From: an uncultured Marinobacter sp.
GTDB taxonomy: Bacteria > Pseudomonadota > Gammaproteobacteria > Pseudomonadales > Oleiphilaceae
NCBI RefSeq assembly: GCF_963974375.1
Contig: NZ_CAXBDN010000001.1
Location: 1 to 46,501, forward strand
Direction of reading: 5' to 3'
DNA length: 46,501 nucleotides
Shown here: positions 19,771 to 28,196 of the stretch, one piece after another
Numbering within the stretch: position 1 is the first letter of the stretch
Layout: each line of letters opens with the position of its first letter
Program-made: the position numbers and the translations under genes
The notes under the pieces: model-generated
Seen by the model: only the letters and a program-made list of their open reading frames with translations
Told to the model about the DNA's origin: nothing
Database searches by the model: none

Positions 19771-19801
19771 AGGTCCAACGCTACAGTAACCTGGTAATCA
19801 C

Positions 19802-19833
19802 AACGCCCCGGATCAGCAACTGACCGGGGCGTT
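19802..19833. terminator. Hairpin downstream of dctP
   Basis: AACGCCCCGG...CCGGGGCGTT inverted repeat. Confidence 0.55.
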
Positions 19834-19902
19834 CGCTTAGATACCGGCAAGTATCCTGATAAACTGGTGACACTCTCAACGCCCACCCCCGGAGTGACCA
19901 CC

Positions 19903-20898
19903 ATGCACGACTTCCTCAAGGCCCTGCCCAAAGCCGAGCTGCATCTTCATATTGAAGGATCACTTGAACCCGAGCTGATGTTCGCCCTGGCTGAACGCAA
20001 TGGGATAGCCCTGCCCTATAACTCAATTGAGGCCGTGCGGGCCGCCTACGATTTCAACGACCTGCAGTCGTTTCTGGATCTCTACTACCAGGGCATGAGC
20101 GTGCTGCAGACGCCAGAGGATTTTTACGACCTGACCATGGCCTATTTGCGCCGGGCTCACCAGGATGGCGTGGTTCATGTGGATATGCACTTTGATCCTC
20201 AGGGCCACCTGGTGCGGGGCATTTCGCTGGCGGTGGTTATGGAAGGCCTGACCAGCGCTCAGGTCGACGCTGATAAGGAGCTGGGCGTGTCTTCGGCGCT
20301 GATCATGGCGTTCCTGCGGGACCGGCCAGCCACTGAAGCCATGGAGGTTCTCGAGAGCGCACAGCCCTGGCTGAGCCATATCAGTGCCGTAGGTCTGGAC
20401 AGTGCCGAACAGGGCAACCCGCCGTCCCGGTTTACGGAGGTGTTCCGGCGGGCGAAAGACCTGGGGCTTGAGCGAGTCGCCCACGCTGGCGAAGAAGGAC
20501 CTGCTGACTATATCCGTGAGGCTCTGGACCTGCTGGATGTGTCCCGTATCGACCACGGCGTGCGTTGTCTGGAGGATCCGGCGCTGGTGGCCCGCCTGCG
20601 GGACGAACAGACGGTACTGACGGTGTGTCCGCTGTCCAACGTGCGCCTGAAAGTCGTCGCGGACATGGCGGATCATCCGCTGCCGAAGCTGCTGGAAGCC
20701 GGACTGAACATCACCCTGAATTCAGACGATCCCGCCTACTTCGGCGGTGGCATGCTGGCCAACTACCAGGCCTGTGCCGATGCATTCGGCTGGAACAGGG
20801 ACACTTTCAGAACACTGGCAACCAACGCCCTGCAGGCGGCCTACATGGCCGACAGCCGCCGCCAGCAGTTGTTGGCGCAGGTGACCGCCTGCAACTGA
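19903..20898 (+). CDS. Adenine/adenosine deaminase (amidohydrolase, COG1816)
   Basis: LPKAELHLHIEGSLEPE, FDPQGH, AHAGEEG, RIDHG, CPLSN and NSDDPAYFGG. Start at ATG 19903. Confidence 0.9.
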   Translation: MHDFLKALPKAELHLHIEGSLEPELMFALAERNGIALPYNSIEAVRAAYDFNDLQSFLDLYYQGMSVLQTPEDFYDLTMAYLRRAHQDGVVHVDMHFDPQGHLVRGISLAVVMEGLTSAQVDADKELGVSSALIMAFLRDRPATEAMEVLESAQPWLSHISAVGLDSAEQGNPPSRFTEVFRRAKDLGLERVAHAGEEGPADYIREALDLLDVSRIDHGVRCLEDPALVARLRDEQTVLTVCPLSNVRLKVVADMADHPLPKLLEAGLNITLNSDDPAYFGGGMLANYQACADAFGWNRDTFRTLATNALQAAYMADSRRQQLLAQVTACN

Positions 20899-21056
20899 CC
20901 ACGGCGGCAATGAAGAAGCGACGCAATGCTTTATCGCCCGCTGCCGCAGTGGTATTTTCAGGCCCGATTCCTGTTAGCGACTGACCCACAACATCAATGA
21001 ATAACTGACCGGCAAGACAGCGGGTCAGTATCAACCAATCAGGGGAGATCATCTGT

Positions 21057-21944
21057 ATGTCAATTCGTCTTGAAGGTCGTGTCGCCATCGTGACCGGCGC
21101 CGGCGGCGGTCTCGGTCGTTGCCACGCACTGGCACTGGCTGCCCGGGGTGCAAAAGTGGTGGTCAATGATCTGGGCGCAGAGGCGTCCGAAGCCGTTGCT
21201 GACGAAATCCGTGCGGCCGGGGGCGAAGCCATTGCCGTGGCCTGTTCAGTGACCGATTACGCTGCCGTGGAAGCCATGGTCAAGCAGGCCATGGACAGCT
21301 GGGGACAGGTGGACATCCTGGTCAACAATGCCGGCATCCTGCGGGACAAGACCTTCGTCAAGATGGAGCTGGAGGACTTCCGCCTGGTGCTGGACGTTCA
21401 CCTGATGGGCGCCGTCAACTGCACCAAGGCGGTCTGGGAAATCATGCGCAACCAGCAGTATGGCCGCGTCATCATGACCACCTCTTCATCCGGCCTGTTC
21501 GGGAATTTCGGTCAGTCCAACTACGGCGCCGCCAAGCTGGCCCTGGTGGGTCTGATGCAGACCCTGAGCCTGGAAGGTGAGAAGTACAATATTCGCGTGA
21601 ACTCACTGGCACCCACCGCTGCTACCCAGATGACCGAAGGCCTGATGCCGGAAGACGTGCTGGCGAAGCTGCAGCCGGAAACCGTGTCGCCCGGCGTGGT
21701 GTTCCTGGCCTCTGAAGAAGCCCCGAACCGTACGATCCTGGCCGCAGGTGCCGGCTCCTTTGAGGTGGCCAACATTACCCTGACCCAGGGTCGTTACATC
21801 GGTGATGGCGAAGACGCCGCAGACCAGATCGCCGCTCACTTTGCCGAGATCGCGGACCGTACCGGTGACCAGGTGCCGGGCTCCGGCTCAGGCCAGGGCC
21901 AGCAGGAAATTACCAACCTGATGGCCAGCCAGAACAAGGCCTGA
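21057..21944 (+). CDS. SDR, 3-hydroxyacyl-CoA dehydrogenase-like (MFE-2 type)
   Basis: TGAGGGLG, VVVNDLG, NNAGILRDK and GNFGQSNYGAAK. Confidence 0.9.
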   Translation: MSIRLEGRVAIVTGAGGGLGRCHALALAARGAKVVVNDLGAEASEAVADEIRAAGGEAIAVACSVTDYAAVEAMVKQAMDSWGQVDILVNNAGILRDKTFVKMELEDFRLVLDVHLMGAVNCTKAVWEIMRNQQYGRVIMTTSSSGLFGNFGQSNYGAAKLALVGLMQTLSLEGEKYNIRVNSLAPTAATQMTEGLMPEDVLAKLQPETVSPGVVFLASEEAPNRTILAAGAGSFEVANITLTQGRYIGDGEDAADQIAAHFAEIADRTGDQVPGSGSGQGQQEITNLMASQNKA

Positions 21945-21960
21945 CCCCAGGGGTGTTGCA

Positions 21961-22005
21961 ACCATGACCGGTGACGGCAGATCCAGCGCAGTCACCGGTC
22001 ATGGT
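21961..22005. terminator. Long hairpin between convergent genes
   Basis: ACCATGACCGGTGAC...GTCACCGGTCATGGT 15-bp stem. Confidence 0.55.
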
Positions 22006-22031
22006 CCCCGAAAACCTCCGCTCTTTACCAC

Positions 22032-22646
22032 TCAGCGCTTGTGGCCCTGAATGTGGTCCTCAAGTCCCGCCAGTATCAGGTTAATGCTGAACTCCACGTC
22101 GGCATCGGACGGCTCCTGTTCCGGTGCGTCCGGCTCTGGCACGGGCTCCCCGTACAATGGCTTTAGCCTCAGACCTGCAGACGCCACATTGGCCATACCG
22201 ATACCGTAGGTATAGAGCGCACTGGTGGCCCGCAACCGGTCCGCTTCATGAATTCCCGCCCGTTGCAGCGCACTGCGAATGTACTGATAGATCTCCCGCT
22301 CCCGGGGGGTGCCATAGGGGCTGCTGATCATATAGGGAAACAGGTTGGGGTATCGCCGGGCCACCACATAAAAGCCCTTGCCCAACTCCCGCAGGGCCTG
22401 CTTCCAGTCGCAAGGAGGCGGGTCCGGCAAGGGCACCTCCTCAAGTACAGTCTGGAAAACCCCCAACAGCAGAGCCTGTTTGTTTTCCACATGGTGGTAG
22501 ATCGACATGGCATCCACCCCAAGCGCGCTGGCCAGCTTGCGCATACTCAGGTCTTCGACGCCGGTTTCCTGCATCAGATCCAGAGCGGCCTGATAAATAC
22601 GCTCCGCAGTGAGCGGTTCCCGCCGGGGCCGGGCCTTTTTTGTCAT
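22032..22646 (-). CDS. TetR family regulator (TetR_C type)
   Basis: LTAERIYQAALDL..LSMRKLASALGVDAMSIYHHVENKQALL HTH. Start set at ATG 22646. Confidence 0.9.
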   Translation of the reverse strand: MTKKARPRREPLTAERIYQAALDLMQETGVEDLSMRKLASALGVDAMSIYHHVENKQALLLGVFQTVLEEVPLPDPPPCDWKQALRELGKGFYVVARRYPNLFPYMISSPYGTPREREIYQYIRSALQRAGIHEADRLRATSALYTYGIGMANVASAGLRLKPLYGEPVPEPDAPEQEPSDADVEFSINLILAGLEDHIQGHKR

Positions 22647-22667
22647 GACAGTTCCTGCTCCAGACCA

Positions 22668-22720
22668 TTGACCAACCCTACACCGTAGAGTAGATTTGGC
22701 AAGCACCCTACAGCGTAAGG
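22668..22720 (+). promoter_or_regulatory. CYP102 promoter with two TetR-type operators
   Basis: TTGACC-N17-TAGATT. Operators CCCTACACCGTAGAG (22676-22690) and CCCTACAGCGTAAGG (22706-22720). Confidence 0.7.
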
Positions 22721-22847
22721 CTGACTTCAGATTACGCCAGCCTTCGGGTTGCAACAACCGATATTACCGACGCACAACATCAGGCCCTGCAGCGCAGCGA
22801 TCCGCTGTCCGGGGGCACCAGAACGCCATGTTACAGGGTCAGACATC

Positions 22848-25800
22848 ATGATTCACGAATCCGGGATCAACGAATCCGGCGTCAGCTCTTCAGCCCTTGA
22901 TGCAGCGGAGCGAATTCCGCATCCACCGCGACAACCGCTGGTGGGCAACCTGCTGCAGATACCCAAATCCCGGATGGCCCAGCATTTTCTTGACGTGTCC
23001 CGGCAGTATGACGGCATTTTCGAGATCGACTTTGCCGGCTTCAAGACACCGTTCGTGTCTTCGGCGGAACTGGTGGCGGAGCTATGCGACGAGCAGCGTT
23101 TCCGCAAGGTGATCAGGCCGCCATTGTCGCTGCTGCGCGGGGTGGTCGGCGATGCGTTGTTCACCGCTCACAGCGACCAGCAGCCCTGGGGCAAGGCCCA
23201 CAGGATATTGATGCCCGCTTTCGGTCAGCGGGCCATGAAAAGCTATTTCGACGCCATGCTGGAAGTGGCTGAACAGCTGTCGGCCCGCTGGGAGTCGCGG
23301 CCTGGCCACGACATTCTGGTGGCGGATGACATGACCCGGCTGACTCTGGACACCATCTCGCTGGCAGGCTTTGGCTATCGCTTCCAGTCCTTTGACAGCG
23401 ACCAGCTGCATCCGTTTCTGGACGCCATGGTCCGGGTGCTGGCCGCCAATATGGCAAAGCTGACCAAACTGCCGCTGTTCAATCGCTGGCGCAAGGATTC
23501 CCCGGACTACCTGAACGACGTGGCCCGGATGAATGAACTGGTGGACGAAGTCATTCGCGCCCGCCGCGAGCAGCCGGTCGAGGGCAATGACCTGCTGAAC
23601 CTGATGCTGACCGCAGAAGATCCTGAAACCGGCGAGACCCTGGACGATGTCAATATCCGCCACCAGGTGCTCACCTTTCTGATTGCCGGCCATGAAACCA
23701 CCAGCGGCCTGCTGACCTTTACCCTGTATTTCCTTTTGCGGCACCCCCATGTGCTGGCCCAGGCCTACGCTGAAGTGGACCGGGTACTGCCCGGTGATAC
23801 CCGGCCGGAGTATCGCCACCTGGGCCGGCTGACGGTGATCGAACGAATACTGAAGGAAAGCCTGCGGCTGTGGCCGACCGCGCCTGCGTTCATGGTGGCG
23901 CCTTACGAAGACACCCTGATTGGCGGTCGTTACCTGATCCGCAAGGACCAGGGTGTGTCCATCGCCCTGCCCGCTTTGCACCGGGACCCGAAGGTCTGGC
24001 AAGACCCGGAATCCTTCGATATTGATCGCTTTCTGCCGGAAAACGAAGCGAAGCTGCCGCCCCATGCCTACAAGCCTTTTGGCAACGGTGAGCGGGCCTG
24101 CATTGGCCGCCAGTTTGCGTTGACCGAGGCCAAGCTGGCACTGGCGCTGATTCTGCAGCGTTTCGCCCTCAGCGACCCCCACGACTACCGGCTGGACATC
24201 AAGGAAACCCTGACCCTCAAGCCGGACAACTTTTATATCCGCGCCCGGCGCCGCCAGCCCCATGAGCGGCTATCGGTAAACCCGCAGACTGACCAGGGCG
24301 CCGACGACACAGCGAATCTCGATGCCATCGAGGGTCAGGGCGAACCCTTTGTGGTGGCCTGGGGCAGCAGCCTCGGCAGCGCCCGGGATATTGCCGAGGA
24401 AATCGCCGGCCGGGCCGAGAGCCTCGGCTTCAGTAGCCAGTGCCTGACCCTGGATGAACTGGCAGGCGGGCTTCCACAAACCGGCAAGCTGGTGGTGGTC
24501 ACCGCCACCTACAATGGCTATGCCCCGGACAGTGCCAAGAAACTGGAGCAGCGCATTCTGCAACAGGCCTTTGCCGGCCGCGATCACAGTGCGCTTGAGT
24601 ACGCGGTGCTGGGCTGCGGCAACACTCAATGGCCCAATTATCAGGCATTTCCCAGGCTGATTGAGCAAACCCTTGCTGAAACCGGCGCCCGGCAGATGCT
24701 GGCGCGCGGTGAAGCAGATGGCAACGGCGATTTTGACGGATCGGTGGAAGCCTGGCTTAACGGTTTGTGGTCCAGCCTGGGGGATCAGGACAGTCTCAAC
24801 GACGTCACTCGTGCAGTGGGCCTGGACTTTCTCGACCAGGCCTCCACCCGCGCCAGCGTGCTACCGGCAGATGCCGTTACCCTGACCGTGATCGACAATC
24901 AGGAACTGGTGCAGCCGTTACCTGCGGCAACGGATATCAGCGGCAAGGCACCCCGGACCTCCACCCGGCGCCTGGTTCTGGCATTGCCCGAGGGCATGAG
25001 TTACCGGACCGGAGACCATCTGGCCCTCTATCCCGCCAACAGTCCCGGGCTGGTCAATCGAGTAGCTCATACCCTTGCGGTTGACGTGACCGACACCCTG
25101 GCCCTGGCCGCCACTGGTCCCAGACACCTGCCCCTGGGGAAAACCCTCAGCGTGGGCCAGTTGCTTACCAACTTCCTGGAACTTCAGGATCCCGCCAGCC
25201 GCAAAGACCTGCGAACACTGCTGGCCCATACCCGGTGCCCTCACACCGCAGAACAACTCAACGCCCTTCTGGATAATCCGGACCAGTTCCACGCCAGCAT
25301 CACCGCGAAACATCTGTCCGTTGCAGATTTGCTGGTCAAGTTTCCGGCCATATCCCTGCCGTTCGCCGTATTTTTGGCCCTGTGCCCGTCACTGCGGCCC
25401 CGGTTCTATTCAATCTCGTCCAGCCCGTTGGCCAATCCGGCCCAGGTCACATTGACCGCAGGCACCGTTCAGGCTCCGGCGTGGTCCGGACTCGGGGAGT
25501 ACCGGGGCGTAGCCTCCGGTTATCTGCAACCGCTGCAACCGGGCGAATCCGTTGTGGGCTATCTGCGCACGCCCAAACCGGCGTTTGCACCACCCGAAGA
25601 CACCAGGCTACCGATGATTCTGGTGGGACCCGGTACCGGCATCGCGCCATTCCGGGGTTTTCTCGAAGAACGGTCACGGCAGGCAGCGGCAGGTCAATCC
25701 GTGGCGACCAGCCTGCTGTTCCATGGCTGCCGACATCCGGACCATGATTTTTTCTACCGGGAGGAGCTTGAGCACTGGGCGGAACAGGGCATTGTAGGGC

Positions 25801-26072
25801 TGAGAGCGGCCTATTCAGGCCTGCGGGAGCACCCTTTCCGTTATGTACAGGATGCCCTCTGGGCCGCCCGGCAGGAAGTCTGGCGGACACTGGAAGCCGG
25901 CGCGACCATCTATGTCTGTGGCGATGGCCGCCGCATGGCCCCGGCAGTGCGCGACTGCCTGTTGCGGATTCATCAGGAGCTCGGCAGCAGCAGCCGGGAA
26001 GAAGCCTCCGCCTGGCTGGCAGAACTGATGGCCAGCGGCCGCTACCGCCAGGACGTGTTCAATTCGGACTAA
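22848..26072 (+). CDS. Bifunctional cytochrome P450/NADPH-P450 reductase (CYP102 family, self-sufficient)
   Basis: AGHETT I-helix, ExLR, heme motif PFGNGERACIG, FMN motifs GSSLGS/TATYNG, FAD motif RPRFYSISSS, GPGTGIAPFRGF and YVCGDG. Start set at ATG 22848. Confidence 0.95.
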   Translation: MIHESGINESGVSSSALDAAERIPHPPRQPLVGNLLQIPKSRMAQHFLDVSRQYDGIFEIDFAGFKTPFVSSAELVAELCDEQRFRKVIRPPLSLLRGVVGDALFTAHSDQQPWGKAHRILMPAFGQRAMKSYFDAMLEVAEQLSARWESRPGHDILVADDMTRLTLDTISLAGFGYRFQSFDSDQLHPFLDAMVRVLAANMAKLTKLPLFNRWRKDSPDYLNDVARMNELVDEVIRARREQPVEGNDLLNLMLTAEDPETGETLDDVNIRHQVLTFLIAGHETTSGLLTFTLYFLLRHPHVLAQAYAEVDRVLPGDTRPEYRHLGRLTVIERILKESLRLWPTAPAFMVAPYEDTLIGGRYLIRKDQGVSIALPALHRDPKVWQDPESFDIDRFLPENEAKLPPHAYKPFGNGERACIGRQFALTEAKLALALILQRFALSDPHDYRLDIKETLTLKPDNFYIRARRRQPHERLSVNPQTDQGADDTANLDAIEGQGEPFVVAWGSSLGSARDIAEEIAGRAESLGFSSQCLTLDELAGGLPQTGKLVVVTATYNGYAPDSAKKLEQRILQQAFAGRDHSALEYAVLGCGNTQWPNYQAFPRLIEQTLAETGARQMLARGEADGNGDFDGSVEAWLNGLWSSLGDQDSLNDVTRAVGLDFLDQASTRASVLPADAVTLTVIDNQELVQPLPAATDISGKAPRTSTRRLVLALPEGMSYRTGDHLALYPANSPGLVNRVAHTLAVDVTDTLALAATGPRHLPLGKTLSVGQLLTNFLELQDPASRKDLRTLLAHTRCPHTAEQLNALLDNPDQFHASITAKHLSVADLLVKFPAISLPFAVFLALCPSLRPRFYSISSSPLANPAQVTLTAGTVQAPAWSGLGEYRGVASGYLQPLQPGESVVGYLRTPKPAFAPPEDTRLPMILVGPGTGIAPFRGFLEERSRQAAAGQSVATSLLFHGCRHPDHDFFYREELEHWAEQGIVGLRAAYSGLREHPFRYVQDALWAARQEVWRTLEAGATIYVCGDGRRMAPAVRDCLLRIHQELGSSSREEASAWLAELMASGRYRQDVFNSD

Positions 26073-26095
26073 TGCCGTATCCGCGACACCGGCTG

Positions 26096-27016
26096 TCACA
26101 GTTCGTCGCGGAAGTACTCCAGCAGATTGTCCGCCACCCGCTGGCCCATGGCCAGCCGGGTTTCGGTGGTGCCACTGGCGTAATGGGGGATAAGCACCAG
26201 GTTATCCAGTTCCAGCATCGCTGGCGGCACGTGGGGTTCGTTGGCCAGTACATCCAGTCCCGCTGCACGGATGCGGCCGCTTTGCAGGGCCCGGATGAGC
26301 TCCGGCTCATCCACGGTGGTGCCCCGGCCAATATTCACCAGAATGCCATCCGGCCCCAGGGCATCCAGAATTTCCCCGTTGATCATATTCTCGGTGGCGG
26401 CGCCGCCGGGTACAATCACCATCAGGAAATCGCTGTCGGCGGCCAGCTCCCGGAGCGAGTCAAAGTACCGGTATGGCACCTGCGGATTGGGCGTGCGCTG
26501 ATGGTACCCGATGGTCATATCGAAGGCCGCCGCCCGCCGGGCCACTGCCTGACCGATCTGCCCCAGGCCGAAGATACCCAGGCGCTTGCCTGTCACCCGA
26601 TTGGACAGCTCCAGGTCCCGCAGCCATTTGCCTTCGCGGACATTGCGCACGGCCGGCAACAGGCGCCGTGATGCCGCCAGCATCAGCATGATACCGGCGT
26701 CAGCCACATCGTCCGTCAATACACCGGGCGTGGTACCCAGATGAATACCCCGGGCCTCGGCAATGGCCACGTTCAGGGCGTCGGTGCCGACGCCGGAGGA
26801 TGATATGATCTCAAGGTTGGGCAAGGCGGCCAGCAAAGATTCGGGGGCACCCTGGGCGGCATTGGTCAGCAGGGCACGAATCGACGGCCCCAGCTCTGCC
26901 AGCATGACATCCGCTGCTGCGGCATCGGCAGGCAATGTATGCAGCCGGAACCCGGCCTTCAGTTGCGGCAGGACGTTCGGTGGCAAACGCCCGGCAATCA
27001 GAACATCGATAGCCAT
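26096..27016 (-). CDS. D-2-hydroxyacid dehydrogenase (GhrB/HPPR-like)
   Basis: TPGVLTDDVAD, GLGQIG, VNIGRG, GLDVLANEP and PHYASGT. Start is ATG 27016 or 27040. Confidence 0.92.
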   Translation of the reverse strand: MAIDVLIAGRLPPNVLPQLKAGFRLHTLPADAAAADVMLAELGPSIRALLTNAAQGAPESLLAALPNLEIISSSGVGTDALNVAIAEARGIHLGTTPGVLTDDVADAGIMLMLAASRRLLPAVRNVREGKWLRDLELSNRVTGKRLGIFGLGQIGQAVARRAAAFDMTIGYHQRTPNPQVPYRYFDSLRELAADSDFLMVIVPGGAATENMINGEILDALGPDGILVNIGRGTTVDEPELIRALQSGRIRAAGLDVLANEPHVPPAMLELDNLVLIPHYASGTTETRLAMGQRVADNLLEYFRDEL

Positions 27017-27274
27017 GACCCGTTCTCTCTTGTTGTTCATCAGGAATGTCGGTGTGAGGCGACAGGGATTTTAAATAAGCAATCTACTGTTTACGGCAAG
27101 TTGGCCGGTTTCTCAACTCCTGAGCGTCCGAACGGGTGAAATGGATATTCGCCGGCCAGGACAAGATCCGTTTTGTTGTAATCACAGTATTTATTTAGCT
27201 AACAACACTTTGTGCCTTCAAAGGCGACAGGCTATGCTTTCCGGGCAAGCTCCCCCAATGGCTGGTAAACCCCG

Positions 27275-28180
27275 ATGCTCCGATGGTTGGTAGCAGTAGT
27301 GACAGCGCTATTTCTGACTGGCTGCGCGTCGCTGGACAGTCATGGTATGCGATCGGCAACTGCGGATATTCTGAGCCGCACGGCAACAGCCTTGCGCACC
27401 ATCGGCGGATCAGACCCCGAACGTTACCGGGCCGAACTGACCGAGTTGCTCGAACAGCCGAATATTGACCCCCTGACCCGATATCTGGAACAGCACGGTA
27501 ACGACGCAGACCGCGCCCCCGTCCTCACCCGGGTGCGAGCCGAACAGGAAAAGCGGTGCCAGCGGGTCAATGACAGATTCACCCGGGAAAAACCCACATC
27601 AGAGCGCGCTGAACGTTTTCGCGCTGGCTATCTTTATTCCTGCCCGGAACAGGTGTCCGCCTACCAGGAAGCACTGGAAAAAACACAACGGTCCGACCGC
27701 GAACCGGTTGAGGACAGCGCGCCAGCCAGACGCCCGACGCCAGCCACGGCAACTGAAATGGACACAGCCAGCAACGGTCTGAACAGATCGGATGAGCAAC
27801 GCTCGCCAGACGCCTCCAATGGCACGCAACAGCAAAGCGACTGCTATCTGCTGACCACCATTCGTAACTTCAGTGCCGCCCGCAACGCCTGCGAGGGCCC
27901 GGCACGGGCAGGCGACGCCAGGGCCCAGACCAACATGGCAGTGATTGAAAGAGCGTTCGAGAATTACCCCTCTGCCCACCAATGGGCGCAAATGGCAGCA
28001 GACACATCGGCGGATGCCTGCTTCCTGCTGGGCCAGATGCACGAAAGCGGCCAGGGCGTGCCGGTCAGCGCCGAGCGTGCGGTAAGCTGGTACACTAAAG
28101 CCGTCGATCTGGGACATGCAGACGCACCGGCCGCCCTGGAACGGTTGCTGAAAACCACCTCTGGAGAGCCCGCTCCGTGA
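27275..28180 (+). CDS. Lipoprotein with C-terminal Sel1-like repeats
   Basis: Lipobox FLTGC. Sel1 motif ACFLLGQMHESGQGVPVSAERAVSWYTKAVDLGHADA. Confidence 0.8.
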   Translation: MLRWLVAVVTALFLTGCASLDSHGMRSATADILSRTATALRTIGGSDPERYRAELTELLEQPNIDPLTRYLEQHGNDADRAPVLTRVRAEQEKRCQRVNDRFTREKPTSERAERFRAGYLYSCPEQVSAYQEALEKTQRSDREPVEDSAPARRPTPATATEMDTASNGLNRSDEQRSPDASNGTQQQSDCYLLTTIRNFSAARNACEGPARAGDARAQTNMAVIERAFENYPSAHQWAQMAADTSADACFLLGQMHESGQGVPVSAERAVSWYTKAVDLGHADAPAALERLLKTTSGEPAP

Positions 28181-28196
28181 CCTCAGAGTCCTGTTA

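Noticed and set aside
22855-22879. ACGAATCCGG repeated 15 bp apart at the CYP102 N-terminus (IHESG/INESG)
   Set aside because: Only two copies, in a variable N-terminal tail. It is likely a trivial local duplication.
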